A stretch of DNA of 64,000 nt from a virus (Duplodnaviria > Caudoviricetes): the IMG/VR virus record IMGVR_UViG_3300005611_000001. One strand, given 5' to 3'. Positions 45,605-55,661 of this stretch are shown piece after piece (position 1 is the stretch's first letter; each line of letters begins with the position of its first letter). The position numbers and the translations under genes are program-made. The notes beneath the pieces were generated by a model. The model was given only the letters and a program-made list of their open reading frames with translations. It was not told the origin of the DNA and made no database searches.

Positions 45605-48600
45605 ATGCATAAAGGCTTTCTCGACAAAAGAAGAAGATTCCTTAATCTGCGAGAAATGCAGATCGAAAATGTTTTGCCTGAACATTTTACACAGTCATAT
45701 CCAAAATTTATCAATCTTCTTTCTCGCTACTATGAGTGGCAAGATCAAAACAATCCTAATGAATTATTAAATCATCTTTTTGCGACTCGTGATATTAATG
45801 AAACTGATATCACGCTTCTCTCGTTTATTGAAGATGAGTTTCTTTTAGGCGAAGCATACTTCGAAGGCTTTGGTGACACCGAAGCAGAGAAAAGGGCTGC
45901 TGCAAATTTTTCAAATCAGATGTTTCGTTCAAAAGGCACAAAATTCGCAATCGAATGGTTTTTCAGATCATTCTATGGGCTAGACGCAGAAGTTCGTTAC
46001 ACAAAAGAAAATGTATTTACGCTCAACACACAGTCTTCTCAGATAGGACCAGATTCGCTACGCTATCTTACCAATGACGAACTATATCAGACATTTGCGC
46101 TTCTTGTTCGCGTAGGTGTTCCTATTGCAAAGTGGAGAGATATCTTTAAACTCTTTGCACATCCTGCGGGAATGTATCTCGGTGCTGAAGTTTCTATAAA
46201 TGATGCTGTGACTTCTGCCGTAAATTCTTTGATGCTTGATTCTGCAGTTGAACAAAGAGCCAACGAATCATATACAATTCTTGCAACGCCTGACAGCACA
46301 AACGAAGGCGCTATAATTAATTTTAAAGTTAACGGAACAAACATTCCTAACAATACTGGTTATATTTACTATCATGTTCTTGATCTCACTACAAGCGATT
46401 CAGATTTTGTGGGAACTGTTCCTCGATTAGACAGTTTGCAGTATCTTCCCATAAACGATAGTGCTGGTCAAGCGGTTGGAAGATTTACGATTACCACCAA
46501 GCTTGATAGTGTTGAAGGTGAAGGTGTTCATTCGTTTAATGTTATTTTGCGTGACGATGATTTGAGACCTCGAGGTGTTGAAAGAGTCAACTTAAACGAT
46601 GTTATTTCTTCGTATGTTATGACTCCTACGGCAACTACTATCGCTGAAGGTTCGCCTGTTACTTTTAATGTTGTGGGAACAAATGTCCCAAGCGGCGGTA
46701 GCACAACATTATATTATTATGTACAACACGTTACTACAAGTGATTCTGATTTTAAAGTTGCACCTCCAAGTGCTGCTGCGCCTGCTTCATTTTTTATTCG
46801 AGGAAGTACAGGGTCGTTTTCTATAACGCCTCAAATTGATAATGATCTTGTTGACAGTGACGAACAGTTTAAAGTAATTATTCAGACACTTGACGCTATC
46901 AAAAAAGATTCAGCAACAATTACAGTTTCACAGACCATTCCTCCCTTTGCTGTAAATGCAATTGATTCTGCGATTGAAGGCACGAGTATTGTTGCACCTC
47001 TTACAATTTCAGAACAAGATTTTGGCGACACTTTAACGTGGGCAATTACAGGCGCTGCAGCATCCGATAGTCGACTAGCTTTCAATACTTCAGGCACAAT
47101 TGTAGCGACTTCTGCAAGTCAAAATCTAGTAATACCTTTGGGCACTACTAAAGAATACACAGGTCCAGTTTCGGGAACCCTTACGGTCACAAATTCGAAC
47201 TATACTCCTACACCGTTAAGTACGAACAATACTTTCACGATTTTTGATTCTGCACCTACATATTCTATTCTTATGAATCCTGCAGTTGCTGGAGAAGGCG
47301 ACACCGTAACATTTAAACTAGCTGGCAGAAACATTCAAGACAGCACTTTTTATTTTTATATCGACAATGTAACAACTAACGATTTAGATTTTCTTGGTGG
47401 GCGACCAAAAAACACTAGCAGAGAAGCAGTCTCAGTTGTTAACGACTCTGGTACCACCAATTCAATCACTTTTGCTGACAGTGGTGAAGTTGTAGATCAA
47501 AATTTCATTGCTTACATGTATAATACAGTATCTGGTGGATCGGTGCTTGCGTCGAAGCAATTTACGATTGCGGGCATTACTTATACACTTACACCAAATA
47601 CGAGTTCTGTTAACGAAGGCGGTACAGTAACGTTTACGTTTATTGGTCCGGACGGAACTTATTATTACTGGCTTGAAGGGCAGCGGCTACCAGGACAGAC
47701 TCAGCTTTTCTCACAAGGCGATTTTACTAGTGGTTTTGCAAATATAAACAGTCGTTTGGCATTTAACGTAACCGGAGGCAGTGGATCTTTTTCAGTAACA
47801 CTCGCAAATGATATTCGATCAGAAGGTACAGAAGCTTTCATTGCAAGCGTGTCAACAAGCCCAACAAGCGGAGCTATAGCTGTTTCGCCACAGATTACAA
47901 TTAATGATACTTCTAAGCAAGAATATACGATGACGATTCAAAACATTCTTGAAGGTGACGATTTGCTTGTTAATGTAGCATCAAATGCAGGACCTTCAGA
48001 GCCTTTGTTTTATGAAATTTCTGGGGCGGCCGCGGCTAAATTCAGTTCAACACAAATTTATAGATTATACACTGGGGCTCAGACTTCTTTTAATGTAAAT
48101 CTTGGAACTTCGACAACAAACTCAGCTTTTGATGGTGTGTTATCTGGTACTGTAACACTGTCGCGTGGCGGTTATGTTGGAAGCGGCGGTACACTAATCG
48201 ACACCGCGAACTTTACTTTAAGCGATCTTGCTGCTACGTTTACGCTTGCTGCAAGCACAACTACACCAAACGAAGGCGGAACTATTACTTGGACTGTAGG
48301 CGGCTCAAGTATTGAAGACGGCACTTACTATTATAGAGTATCTGATGTTAAAAGAGCATCAGTATCTTCGGCTGTTTCATCCGGAACTTCTGTTATTAAT
48401 CTTGCAAGCACAGCTGGAATTACAGTTGGCATGGCATGCGATAACGCTTCAATATCTGGGACAGTCACAGGTGTTTGGGATACTCAAGTTACAATGAGTT
48501 CACCAGTCACATCTACGATAGGCGCAGGAACAATTTTGAATTTTGCAAATCAATCGGTGTTTGATGATTTTACAAGTGGCTATGCAGGATCAGTCAGTGT

Positions 48601-49687
48601 GACATCGAATGCAGGTGCTTTCAACACTGTCACTGCAATTAACGCAGACACTAAGAACGATGCGTATACGATGGGATTATACACCACATCAACTGGTGCT
48701 TCTCCTGTAGCGTCTGTAGGATTTACGACAACAGATGCAACTCCAGCTTCGATAGTTAATATTCTTATCGATGCTGGTAAAGACTTTGTTTACGATATTA
48801 ATCCTGATCCACCTGCGTATGATGCGGGCGTGGCAAGATCGATTATCAGATTTGAAAACGATGGTAAAGTATATGCTATTGGCAGCGAGAATCCAGGAGG
48901 AGGTGACCGCAGCAGTGGCGAGTTGATTGGCACTTGGGTGTCTAGTGGGCCCGTTGGTAACTTTAACATATCAGCACAGGTCGTTTCAGGACCTACACCA
49001 AAAGGCACGTTTATTGGTTCTACAGGAACGCAATTGTCTCTGTCGACGAACAGAGGCTGGTATCTTGAAGTGCCAGCGCCGACATCTGGTAGCAATGAAG
49101 GAACGTTAAGAGTTGACATTACAATTACAGACGTAGAAGATCCTTCGAACACAGACACACAACGCTTTGAGCTATATGCCGTTGCGAATGCTTTGCCTGT
49201 AACAGCACCTGTTGATCCGCCTCCTCCAGGCTCAAGTAGTCAGCTTGACGAAGACTGTTTTACAGAAAATTCTTTTGTCACGTTAACTGATGGAACTAGA
49301 AAAGAAATTCGATTAATTGAAGTTGGTGATAAAGTACTTGGTGCAGACAAGTCGATCAATGAAGTTACGCGCAATCATTCTATCGAAAAAACTTCTGCTC
49401 TGTATGGATGGGGCAGCACAGTACCGTTTGTGACTGGCGCTCATCCATTCTTAACAACACAAGGTTGGAAATGTTTTAATTTAGAAGCAGGGCGTAAACT
49501 ACATCCTGAGCTTGACCTGACAGAAATACAAGAAAACGATAAATTAATTGTTTGGAATGGAACAGAATATACGACTTCGACAGTTCAAAATATTGCCATT
49601 GAAATCAAAAACGTTAAAATCAATAGCTTGAGTGTGACGGGTAATGACACTTACATTGCGAATGGATTTGTTGTTCACAACAAATAA
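45605..49687 (+). CDS. gp7: Baseplate wedge gp7-like core fused to Calx-beta-like repeats and a C-terminal Hint domain
   Basis: IENVLPEHF...FINLLSRYY...FRSKGT...FFRSFYG...HPAGM (gp7 core). Seven ..EG..(V/I)xF repeats. CFTENS...TGAHPF...NGFVVHNK at the C-terminus. Confidence 0.75.
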   Translation: MHKGFLDKRRRFLNLREMQIENVLPEHFTQSYPKFINLLSRYYEWQDQNNPNELLNHLFATRDINETDITLLSFIEDEFLLGEAYFEGFGDTEAEKRAAANFSNQMFRSKGTKFAIEWFFRSFYGLDAEVRYTKENVFTLNTQSSQIGPDSLRYLTNDELYQTFALLVRVGVPIAKWRDIFKLFAHPAGMYLGAEVSINDAVTSAVNSLMLDSAVEQRANESYTILATPDSTNEGAIINFKVNGTNIPNNTGYIYYHVLDLTTSDSDFVGTVPRLDSLQYLPINDSAGQAVGRFTITTKLDSVEGEGVHSFNVILRDDDLRPRGVERVNLNDVISSYVMTPTATTIAEGSPVTFNVVGTNVPSGGSTTLYYYVQHVTTSDSDFKVAPPSAAAPASFFIRGSTGSFSITPQIDNDLVDSDEQFKVIIQTLDAIKKDSATITVSQTIPPFAVNAIDSAIEGTSIVAPLTISEQDFGDTLTWAITGAAASDSRLAFNTSGTIVATSASQNLVIPLGTTKEYTGPVSGTLTVTNSNYTPTPLSTNNTFTIFDSAPTYSILMNPAVAGEGDTVTFKLAGRNIQDSTFYFYIDNVTTNDLDFLGGRPKNTSREAVSVVNDSGTTNSITFADSGEVVDQNFIAYMYNTVSGGSVLASKQFTIAGITYTLTPNTSSVNEGGTVTFTFIGPDGTYYYWLEGQRLPGQTQLFSQGDFTSGFANINSRLAFNVTGGSGSFSVTLANDIRSEGTEAFIASVSTSPTSGAIAVSPQITINDTSKQEYTMTIQNILEGDDLLVNVASNAGPSEPLFYEISGAAAAKFSSTQIYRLYTGAQTSFNVNLGTSTTNSAFDGVLSGTVTLSRGGYVGSGGTLIDTANFTLSDLAATFTLAASTTTPNEGGTITWTVGGSSIEDGTYYYRVSDVKRASVSSAVSSGTSVINLASTAGITVGMACDNASISGTVTGVWDTQVTMSSPVTSTIGAGTILNFANQSVFDDFTSGYAGSVSVTSNAGAFNTVTAINADTKNDAYTMGLYTTSTGASPVASVGFTTTDATPASIVNILIDAGKDFVYDINPDPPAYDAGVARSIIRFENDGKVYAIGSENPGGGDRSSGELIGTWVSSGPVGNFNISAQVVSGPTPKGTFIGSTGTQLSLSTNRGWYLEVPAPTSGSNEGTLRVDITITDVEDPSNTDTQRFELYAVANALPVTAPVDPPPPGSSSQLDEDCFTENSFVTLTDGTRKEIRLIEVGDKVLGADKSINEVTRNHSIEKTSALYGWGSTVPFVTGAHPFLTTQGWKCFNLEAGRKLHPELDLTEIQENDKLIVWNGTEYTTSTVQNIAIEIKNVKINSLSVTGNDTYIANGFVVHNK
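49256..49684 (+). other. Hint (intein-like) autoprocessing domain
   Basis: Block A CFTENSFVTLTDG, block B TGAH (TxxH) and terminal HN followed only by Lys and stop. No endonuclease. Confidence 0.85.
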
Positions 49688-49694
49688 CGGTTAG

Positions 49695-49702
49695 TATAAA
49701 TA
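49695..49702 (+). promoter_or_regulatory. T4-type late promoter for the terminase genes
   Basis: Exact TATAAATA 5 nt upstream of the gp16 ATG. Confidence 0.75.
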
Positions 49703-49707
49703 ACAGT

Positions 49708-50064
49708 ATGAAAGATGATGATCCGAATATCAAGTCAGACTACGATTATTCCCGCGCAACCTATTACGAACTAATAGACAAGGGAAGAGAGTCACTTGAT
49801 CTGATGATTGAAGTCGCTCGCGAATCAGAACATCCTCGCGCGTTCGAAGTTCTTTCGAACATGATCAAAAACATCTCTGATGTTAATGATAAGCTTATGG
49901 AGCTTAACAAAAAGACGCGAGAAGTTACTCAACACGAAAAGAAACAAGACCAAAAGGCAATCACCAATAACAATGTGTTTATTGGCAGCACTACTGACTT
50001 GCAAAGATTATTAATGAAACATGATGATGAAAAGGTGATTGATGTTAGCCCTGCGGATGAATGA
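49708..50064 (+). CDS. gp16: Terminase small subunit gp16
   Basis: DYDYSRATYYELI...ARESEHPRAFEV...TNNNVFIGSTTDLQRLL. Confidence 0.92.
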   Translation: MKDDDPNIKSDYDYSRATYYELIDKGRESLDLMIEVARESEHPRAFEVLSNMIKNISDVNDKLMELNKKTREVTQHEKKQDQKAITNNNVFIGSTTDLQRLLMKHDDEKVIDVSPADE

Positions 50065-51658
50065 TCAAAGACACTACTTAGGCAATATCAATGTAAAAGC
50101 GGACGGTGTTCAACAGCAATGGACTGAACACGAAGTTCGTGAGTATGCGAAGTGTATGCGTGATCCTGCATATTTTGCAAGAAATTATGTAAAGATTATA
50201 TCACTTGACAATGGTCTTGTCAATTTCAACTTGTATCCTTACCAAGAAAAGATGTTCGATCACTTCAACGGTAATCGATTCTCTATTGTTCTTGCTTGTC
50301 GTCAGTCTGGTAAATCTATCTCTTCTGTTGTCTATCTGCTTTGGTATGCAATCTTTCACCCCGAAAAAACTATCGCCGTGTTAGCAAACAAAGGTGCTAC
50401 TGCGAGGGAGATGCTTGCTCGTGTTACATTGGCTCTGGAAAACTTACCCTTCTTTTTGCAACCAGGTTGTAGGGCTCTTAACAAAGGTAGTATTGAGTTT
50501 TCAAATAATTCTCGGATTATTGCTGCTGCTACTTCTGGCAGTTCTATTCGTGGTATGTCTGTTAACTTACTATTTCTTGATGAGTTTGCTTTTGTTGAGC
50601 GAGCAAATGAGTTTTATACTTCGACGTATCCCGTTATATCGGCGGGTAGAGACACCAAAGTTATTATCACATCTACGGCGAACGGAATAGGTAATACTTT
50701 TCACAAGATTTGGGAAGGTGCGGTTCAGAAGACAAACGAATACAAAGCGTTTACAGTCAACTGGTGGGACGTACCTGGAAGAGACGAAGAGTGGAAGCGT
50801 CAAACAATCGCGAACACTTCACAAATGCAGTTTGACCAAGAGTTTGGTAACACCTTCTTTGGGACAGGCGATACTCTGATCAATGCAGAAACTCTGCTTG
50901 GTCTGAGAGCAAAACCACCTAAGAAAATTCTTGAAGGGGGTGATGTAAAAATCTACGAAGAGACCAAAGAGAAGCACGAATATCTCATGATGGTCGACGT
51001 AGCGAAAGGAAGAGGACAGGACTATTCGACATTTAATGTCATCGATATATCTGAGCGACCTTTTAAACAGGTAGCAGTGTATCGGAATAACCGTATCTCT
51101 CCAATACTCTTCCCTGATATTATCTATAAGTTTGCGAAAGTCTACAATAATGCATATGTGATCATTGAGTCAAACGATCAAGGTTCCGTAGTGTGTAATG
51201 GATTGTATTACGACCTTGAATATGAGAATGTTCACGTTGAGTCTGCTGTCAAAGCAAACGCAATTGGTATTGAAATGAATCGTAAAGTCAAGCGGCTTGG
51301 TTGCTCAGGTATTAAAGACTTACTTGAAGAACAGAAACTTGATATATGTGACGAGGAAACTATTCTAGAAGTCTCTACTTTCGTCTCGAAAGGGCAATCA
51401 TACGAAGCAAGTGATGGCAACCATGACGATCTGATGATGAATCTTGTCATGCTTGGTTATTTTGTCGCCACTCAAATGTTTGCAGATATGACAGACATCA
51501 ATCTAAAACAAATGATGTTTGAAAACCAAATGAGAGAAATTGAAGACGCAATCGTGCCTTTTGGTTTTGTTGATGACGGAAGCGATGCGATAAAAGAAAT
51601 TGAAGAGCAGGATAAAATGAAATACGATCCATGGCAAATATGGGAAGATGTGTACTGA
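50057..51658 (+). CDS. gp17: Terminase large subunit gp17
   Basis: RQSGKS Walker A, LFLDEFAFV Walker B, DVAKGRGQDYS and HDDLMM nuclease motifs. Start re-placed at MNDQ (50057). Confidence 0.97.
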   Translation: MNDQRHYLGNINVKADGVQQQWTEHEVREYAKCMRDPAYFARNYVKIISLDNGLVNFNLYPYQEKMFDHFNGNRFSIVLACRQSGKSISSVVYLLWYAIFHPEKTIAVLANKGATAREMLARVTLALENLPFFLQPGCRALNKGSIEFSNNSRIIAAATSGSSIRGMSVNLLFLDEFAFVERANEFYTSTYPVISAGRDTKVIITSTANGIGNTFHKIWEGAVQKTNEYKAFTVNWWDVPGRDEEWKRQTIANTSQMQFDQEFGNTFFGTGDTLINAETLLGLRAKPPKKILEGGDVKIYEETKEKHEYLMMVDVAKGRGQDYSTFNVIDISERPFKQVAVYRNNRISPILFPDIIYKFAKVYNNAYVIIESNDQGSVVCNGLYYDLEYENVHVESAVKANAIGIEMNRKVKRLGCSGIKDLLEEQKLDICDEETILEVSTFVSKGQSYEASDGNHDDLMMNLVMLGYFVATQMFADMTDINLKQMMFENQMREIEDAIVPFGFVDDGSDAIKEIEEQDKMKYDPWQIWEDVY

Positions 51659-51670
51659 AAACATACATTT

Positions 51671-51678
51671 TATAAATA
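51671..51678 (+). promoter_or_regulatory. T4-type late promoter for gp18
   Basis: Exact TATAAATA in the gp17-gp18 intergenic region. Confidence 0.8.
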
Positions 51679-51740
51679 AATAATGTGAATCTTCCGTATT
51701 ATGTTCTCTTATCATATGTTAACGAAAAAAGGACACGACC

Positions 51741-53465
51741 ATGGCATTAATACCATCTGAGTCTCCCAACATTATCGTAAAGGAATTCGACCTGTCAGGT
51801 GTTGTGCCGGCAGTGACAACCACTACGGGCGCGTTGGTAGGAGACTTCAATTGGGGTCCTGTTGAACAGCCTATTCGTATAGGTAACGAAGCAGAGCTTG
51901 TTTCAACTTTTGGATCTCCTTCTACAGATTCTGCAGCAGATGTCTCTGACTTTCTGTCTGCGGCTATGTTCCTCAAATATTCTGGCAGTTCTTTTGTCAC
52001 TCGCGTAATCGGCGATTCTGACACCAATGCGTGTGCTGCTGGTTCTGCACCTGTTGTCAGGAATCTTGATAACTGGAACGCTCAGACTCTGACGGCTAAC
52101 AAGATTGTTGCTAAGTATCCTGGCACACTAGGAAACAGCATCAAGGTTTCTATCTGCCCGCAGTCTACAAGCGACAGCGCGTTTGAAAACTGGACTGTCG
52201 ACGGTGTGAATATGTTTGCACTCTTTGATGGTGCACCATCAACATCTTCTTATGTGTCTGCGCTTAGCTCTGCTACAGCATACGACGAAGTTCACGCAGT
52301 TGTTTACGACGAAGACGGTAAAATCACAGGTACTCCTGGCACGATTCTTGAAACGTTCCCTTACCTGTCTCTCGCAACTGACGCGAAAAAATCAGATGGT
52401 TCTACAAACTATATTTTGGATGTTCTGAACAACCAATCTGATTATGTTTGGGGAGCTAGTCTCGCGACTGAGTTTACGGGCATTACTGGAGCTGCTTCTT
52501 TTAGTGGGCCTGGTTCTACAAATGTTCAAAACTACTCGCTGGGCGGTGGTGTTCATGTTGCACTAGATGTTGGCGATTATCAAACTGGTTTTGATCTGTA
52601 CAATGATCCCGATAACATTCAGGTAGATTTCTTGATTGCTCCTGGTTTGCAAGCAGACGCTGATCAAACAACGATAATTAACTATCTTGCTACAATCGCT
52701 AGCACTCAGAGAAAAGACTGCGTGGTGGTAGCATCGCCTTCTCGTAACATTGTCGTGAATCAGACAAATACTAATACACTTGTGACAAACACGAAGACAT
52801 GGTCTAGCACAATAAATTCTTCTTCATATGTTATTCTAGACAATAATTACATTAAAGTCTATGATAAGTATAGAGACCAATATGTGTTTATCCCTGCTGC
52901 TCCCGCAACTGCTGGTATTATGGCTGCTTCTGACAACAGTAGCGCACCATGGTTCTCGCCTGCAGGTCAGCGTCGTGGGCAATACTTCGGTGTAACTTCG
53001 CTTGCGTACAATGCTTCTAAGTCTCAAAGAGACACGCTGTACAAAGCGGGGGTCAACCCGATTGTGAATCTGCCTGGTCAGGGTATTCTGCTATTTGGTG
53101 ATAAGACTAAACTTGGTCGCCCATCTGCATTTGATCGCATCAACGTTCGTCGCCTGTTCTTGGTGATGGAACGCGCAATCAAAGCAGCTGCACAGAATGT
53201 TATGTTCGAATTTAATGATGAATTCACAAGAGCAGAGTTCGTTAACATTGTCGAGCCTTTCTTGAGAGAGATTAAGGGTCGACGCGGTATCACTGATTTC
53301 CGTGTGGTGTGTGATGAAACAAACAACACACCGAATATCATTGATAACAACCAATTTGTCGCTTCGGTCTTCGTGAAGCCTGCACGTTCTATCAACTACG
53401 TTACTTTGAACTTCGTAGCGGTTAGAACTGGCGTAGACTTCGATGAAGTCGTCGGGATTGTTTAA
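51741..53465 (+). CDS. gp18: Tail sheath protein gp18
   Basis: SPNIIVKEFDLS...WFSPAGQRRG...LYKAGVNPI...FDRINVRRLF...KPARSINYVTLNFVAVRTGVDF. Confidence 0.97.
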   Translation: MALIPSESPNIIVKEFDLSGVVPAVTTTTGALVGDFNWGPVEQPIRIGNEAELVSTFGSPSTDSAADVSDFLSAAMFLKYSGSSFVTRVIGDSDTNACAAGSAPVVRNLDNWNAQTLTANKIVAKYPGTLGNSIKVSICPQSTSDSAFENWTVDGVNMFALFDGAPSTSSYVSALSSATAYDEVHAVVYDEDGKITGTPGTILETFPYLSLATDAKKSDGSTNYILDVLNNQSDYVWGASLATEFTGITGAASFSGPGSTNVQNYSLGGGVHVALDVGDYQTGFDLYNDPDNIQVDFLIAPGLQADADQTTIINYLATIASTQRKDCVVVASPSRNIVVNQTNTNTLVTNTKTWSSTINSSSYVILDNNYIKVYDKYRDQYVFIPAAPATAGIMAASDNSSAPWFSPAGQRRGQYFGVTSLAYNASKSQRDTLYKAGVNPIVNLPGQGILLFGDKTKLGRPSAFDRINVRRLFLVMERAIKAAAQNVMFEFNDEFTRAEFVNIVEPFLREIKGRRGITDFRVVCDETNNTPNIIDNNQFVASVFVKPARSINYVTLNFVAVRTGVDFDEVVGIV

Positions 53466-53484
53466 GCGCACAGGAGTATAAGAA

Positions 53485-54012
53485 ATGGCATTACTAGGAA
53501 TTGATGATTTTAAATCAAAGCTGAGAGGTGGTGGTGCGCGCCCGAACATGTTCAAGGCGACCATCAACTTTCCAGCATATGCGGGGGGCGATGTCGAATT
53601 GACATCGTTCCTTTGCAAAACTGCTCAGCTTCCGCAATCTCAGACTAACTCTTTTCCCGTACCGTTTCGCGGTCGTGAACTGAAGGTAGCAGGAGATCGC
53701 ACGTTCGAAGATTGGACAGTCACCATCATTAACGATACTGACTTCGAAGTTCGTGACGCAATGGAGCGCTGGATGAATGGTATCAATGCTCACGCAGCAA
53801 ATACCGGTCTGACGAATCCGATTGACTATCAAGCGGACCTGCTTGTTGATCAACTGGATCGTGACGAGTCTGTAATCAAGCGTTACACTTTCAGAGGTGC
53901 ATTCCCGACCACTGTTGGTACTATCGCTCTTGACTATGACACTCGTGATCAGATCGAAGTTTTTGATGTTACGTTTGCTTACCAGTATTGGGAAAGCAAT
54001 ACCACATCTTAA
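53485..54012 (+). CDS. gp19: Tail tube protein gp19
   Basis: GGGARPNMF...FRGRELKVAGDRTFEDWTVTIIND...FDVTFAYQYW. Confidence 0.97.
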   Translation: MALLGIDDFKSKLRGGGARPNMFKATINFPAYAGGDVELTSFLCKTAQLPQSQTNSFPVPFRGRELKVAGDRTFEDWTVTIINDTDFEVRDAMERWMNGINAHAANTGLTNPIDYQADLLVDQLDRDESVIKRYTFRGAFPTTVGTIALDYDTRDQIEVFDVTFAYQYWESNTTS

Positions 54013-54023
54013 GGTCGGTCTAA

Positions 54024-54062
54024 ATACTGAGGAGTCTTCACGGGCTCCTCAGTATATTTTTT
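54024..54062 (+). terminator. Rho-independent terminator after gp19
   Basis: atactgaggag (54024-54034) pairs with ctcctcagtat (54045-54055), followed by atttttt. Confidence 0.8.
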
Positions 54063-54072
54063 AGGGAAAATC

Positions 54073-55659
54073 ATGGCAGAATACGATAATGGTATAAGAC
54101 TCTTTGGTTTTGAAATCAAAAGAGCGAAAAAAGATGATAAGGGCAAACAGGAGCTCCAATCTGTCGTGCCCCCAACTGACCCAGACGGTTCTGGATATGT
54201 CACTGCGACAGCCGGACACTTTGGGCAGTATATTAATATGGAAGGTGATGAGGCGAAAGATAACCATCATCTAATTTCGCGTTATCGTGGTGTTGCAATG
54301 CATCCCGAAGTCGATATGGCTATCGACGAAATTGTAAACGAAACTATTTCGGCATCTGAACTTCAGTCATCTGTAGAAATTTCTCTTGACGATATCGAAG
54401 CAGGCGAAAAGATTAAAGATCAAATTCGCGAAGAATTTGAAACCATTGTAGGTATGCTTCGCTTTAATGAAATTGGTCACGAGATTTTTAGATCGTGGTA
54501 TGTTGATGGAAGAATCTATCACCATCTGCTTGTTAACGAAGCAAGCCCCAAAGCGGGTATTCAAGAAATTCGTAACATTGATTCTGTCAAGATTCGTAAG
54601 GTTCGCCAAGTCAAGTACAAAAAAGATCCGCAAACTGGTGTAAAGATTGTTGACAGTGTTGATGAGTATTATATCTACGAAGACAAGCCTGGTCAGACAC
54701 AGACAGGTGTTAAGCTGTCGAACGATTCGATTAGCTATGTAACTTCTGGTCTTCTAGACGAAACTAAAAAGAAAGTTGTCTCGCATCTGCACAAAGCGCT
54801 GAAGCCTATTAACCAGCTTCGCATGATGGAAGACTCCTTGGTCATCTATCGTCTTGCTCGCGCACCCGAGCGTCGTATCTTCTATATTGATGTCGGTAAC
54901 TTGCCTCGCGGTAAAGCTGAGCAGTACATGAAAGATATCATGACTCAGTATCGCAATAAGCTTGTGTATGACGCGACGACTGGTCAGATTAAAGATGATC
55001 GCAAGCACATGTCAATGCTTGAAGACTTCTGGCTACCTCGCCGTGAGAACGGGCGTGGCACTGAGATTAGCACACTGCCTGGTGGTGAAAATCTTGGGCA
55101 GATTGATGACATCATTTATTTCCAGAAAAGATTATATCGTTCTTTGAATGTGCCTGTCAATAGGCTAGAGCAAGAAGCCCAGTTTTCGCTTGGTCGTTCT
55201 ACTGAAATTAGCAGAGACGAAGTAAAGTTCCAGAAATTTGTTGATAGACTTCGTAGACGATTCTCATGGGTTTTCCTTGGAATTCTTAAGAAGCAACTTA
55301 TTCTCAAGGGTGTTATCACTGAGCAAGACTGGGAAGAGTGGAAAGATAACATCTATATCGACTTCATAAAAGACAATCACTTTACTGAGTTGAAAGAGAT
55401 GGAAATTCTTCGTGAGCGTATTGGTGTGATGAACGAAATCACACAATATGTTGGCGAATACTACTCAAAAGATTGGGTAATGAGAAATGTTATGCGACTG
55501 TCTGACGAAGACATCGATAACATGAAAAAAGAAATAGACAAAGAAATGAAGTCTGGTGAAATCCCAGACGAAGAAGAGAAGGCGCAGCAAGCGGCTCCAC
55601 CCGAGCCCAAGCCTGTTCCCGTTCAAGTAGTACCTGATGATAACAAAAAAGAGGAATAG
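54073..55659 (+). CDS. gp20: Portal protein gp20
   Basis: LFGFEI...NQLRMMEDSLVIYRLARAPERRIFYIDVGNLP...MLEDFWLPRRENGRGTEISTLPGG. Confidence 0.98.
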   Translation: MAEYDNGIRLFGFEIKRAKKDDKGKQELQSVVPPTDPDGSGYVTATAGHFGQYINMEGDEAKDNHHLISRYRGVAMHPEVDMAIDEIVNETISASELQSSVEISLDDIEAGEKIKDQIREEFETIVGMLRFNEIGHEIFRSWYVDGRIYHHLLVNEASPKAGIQEIRNIDSVKIRKVRQVKYKKDPQTGVKIVDSVDEYYIYEDKPGQTQTGVKLSNDSISYVTSGLLDETKKKVVSHLHKALKPINQLRMMEDSLVIYRLARAPERRIFYIDVGNLPRGKAEQYMKDIMTQYRNKLVYDATTGQIKDDRKHMSMLEDFWLPRRENGRGTEISTLPGGENLGQIDDIIYFQKRLYRSLNVPVNRLEQEAQFSLGRSTEISRDEVKFQKFVDRLRRRFSWVFLGILKKQLILKGVITEQDWEEWKDNIYIDFIKDNHFTELKEMEILRERIGVMNEITQYVGEYYSKDWVMRNVMRLSDEDIDNMKKEIDKEMKSGEIPDEEEKAQQAAPPEPKPVPVQVVPDDNKKEE

Positions 55660-55661
55660 TT

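Noticed and set aside
33801-47500. GANTC (CcrM/HinfI site) enrichment as the cause of the DS excess
   Set aside because: Many DS pairs are encoded GAY-AGY (e.g. gacagt and gatagt throughout 43680-44130), which does not create GANTC, so the selection is on the peptide.
49256-49684. Mobile splicing intein
   Set aside because: There is no homing endonuclease, it is not inserted in a conserved enzyme motif, and the C-extein is a single Lys rather than Cys/Ser/Thr. It is treated as a Hint domain instead.
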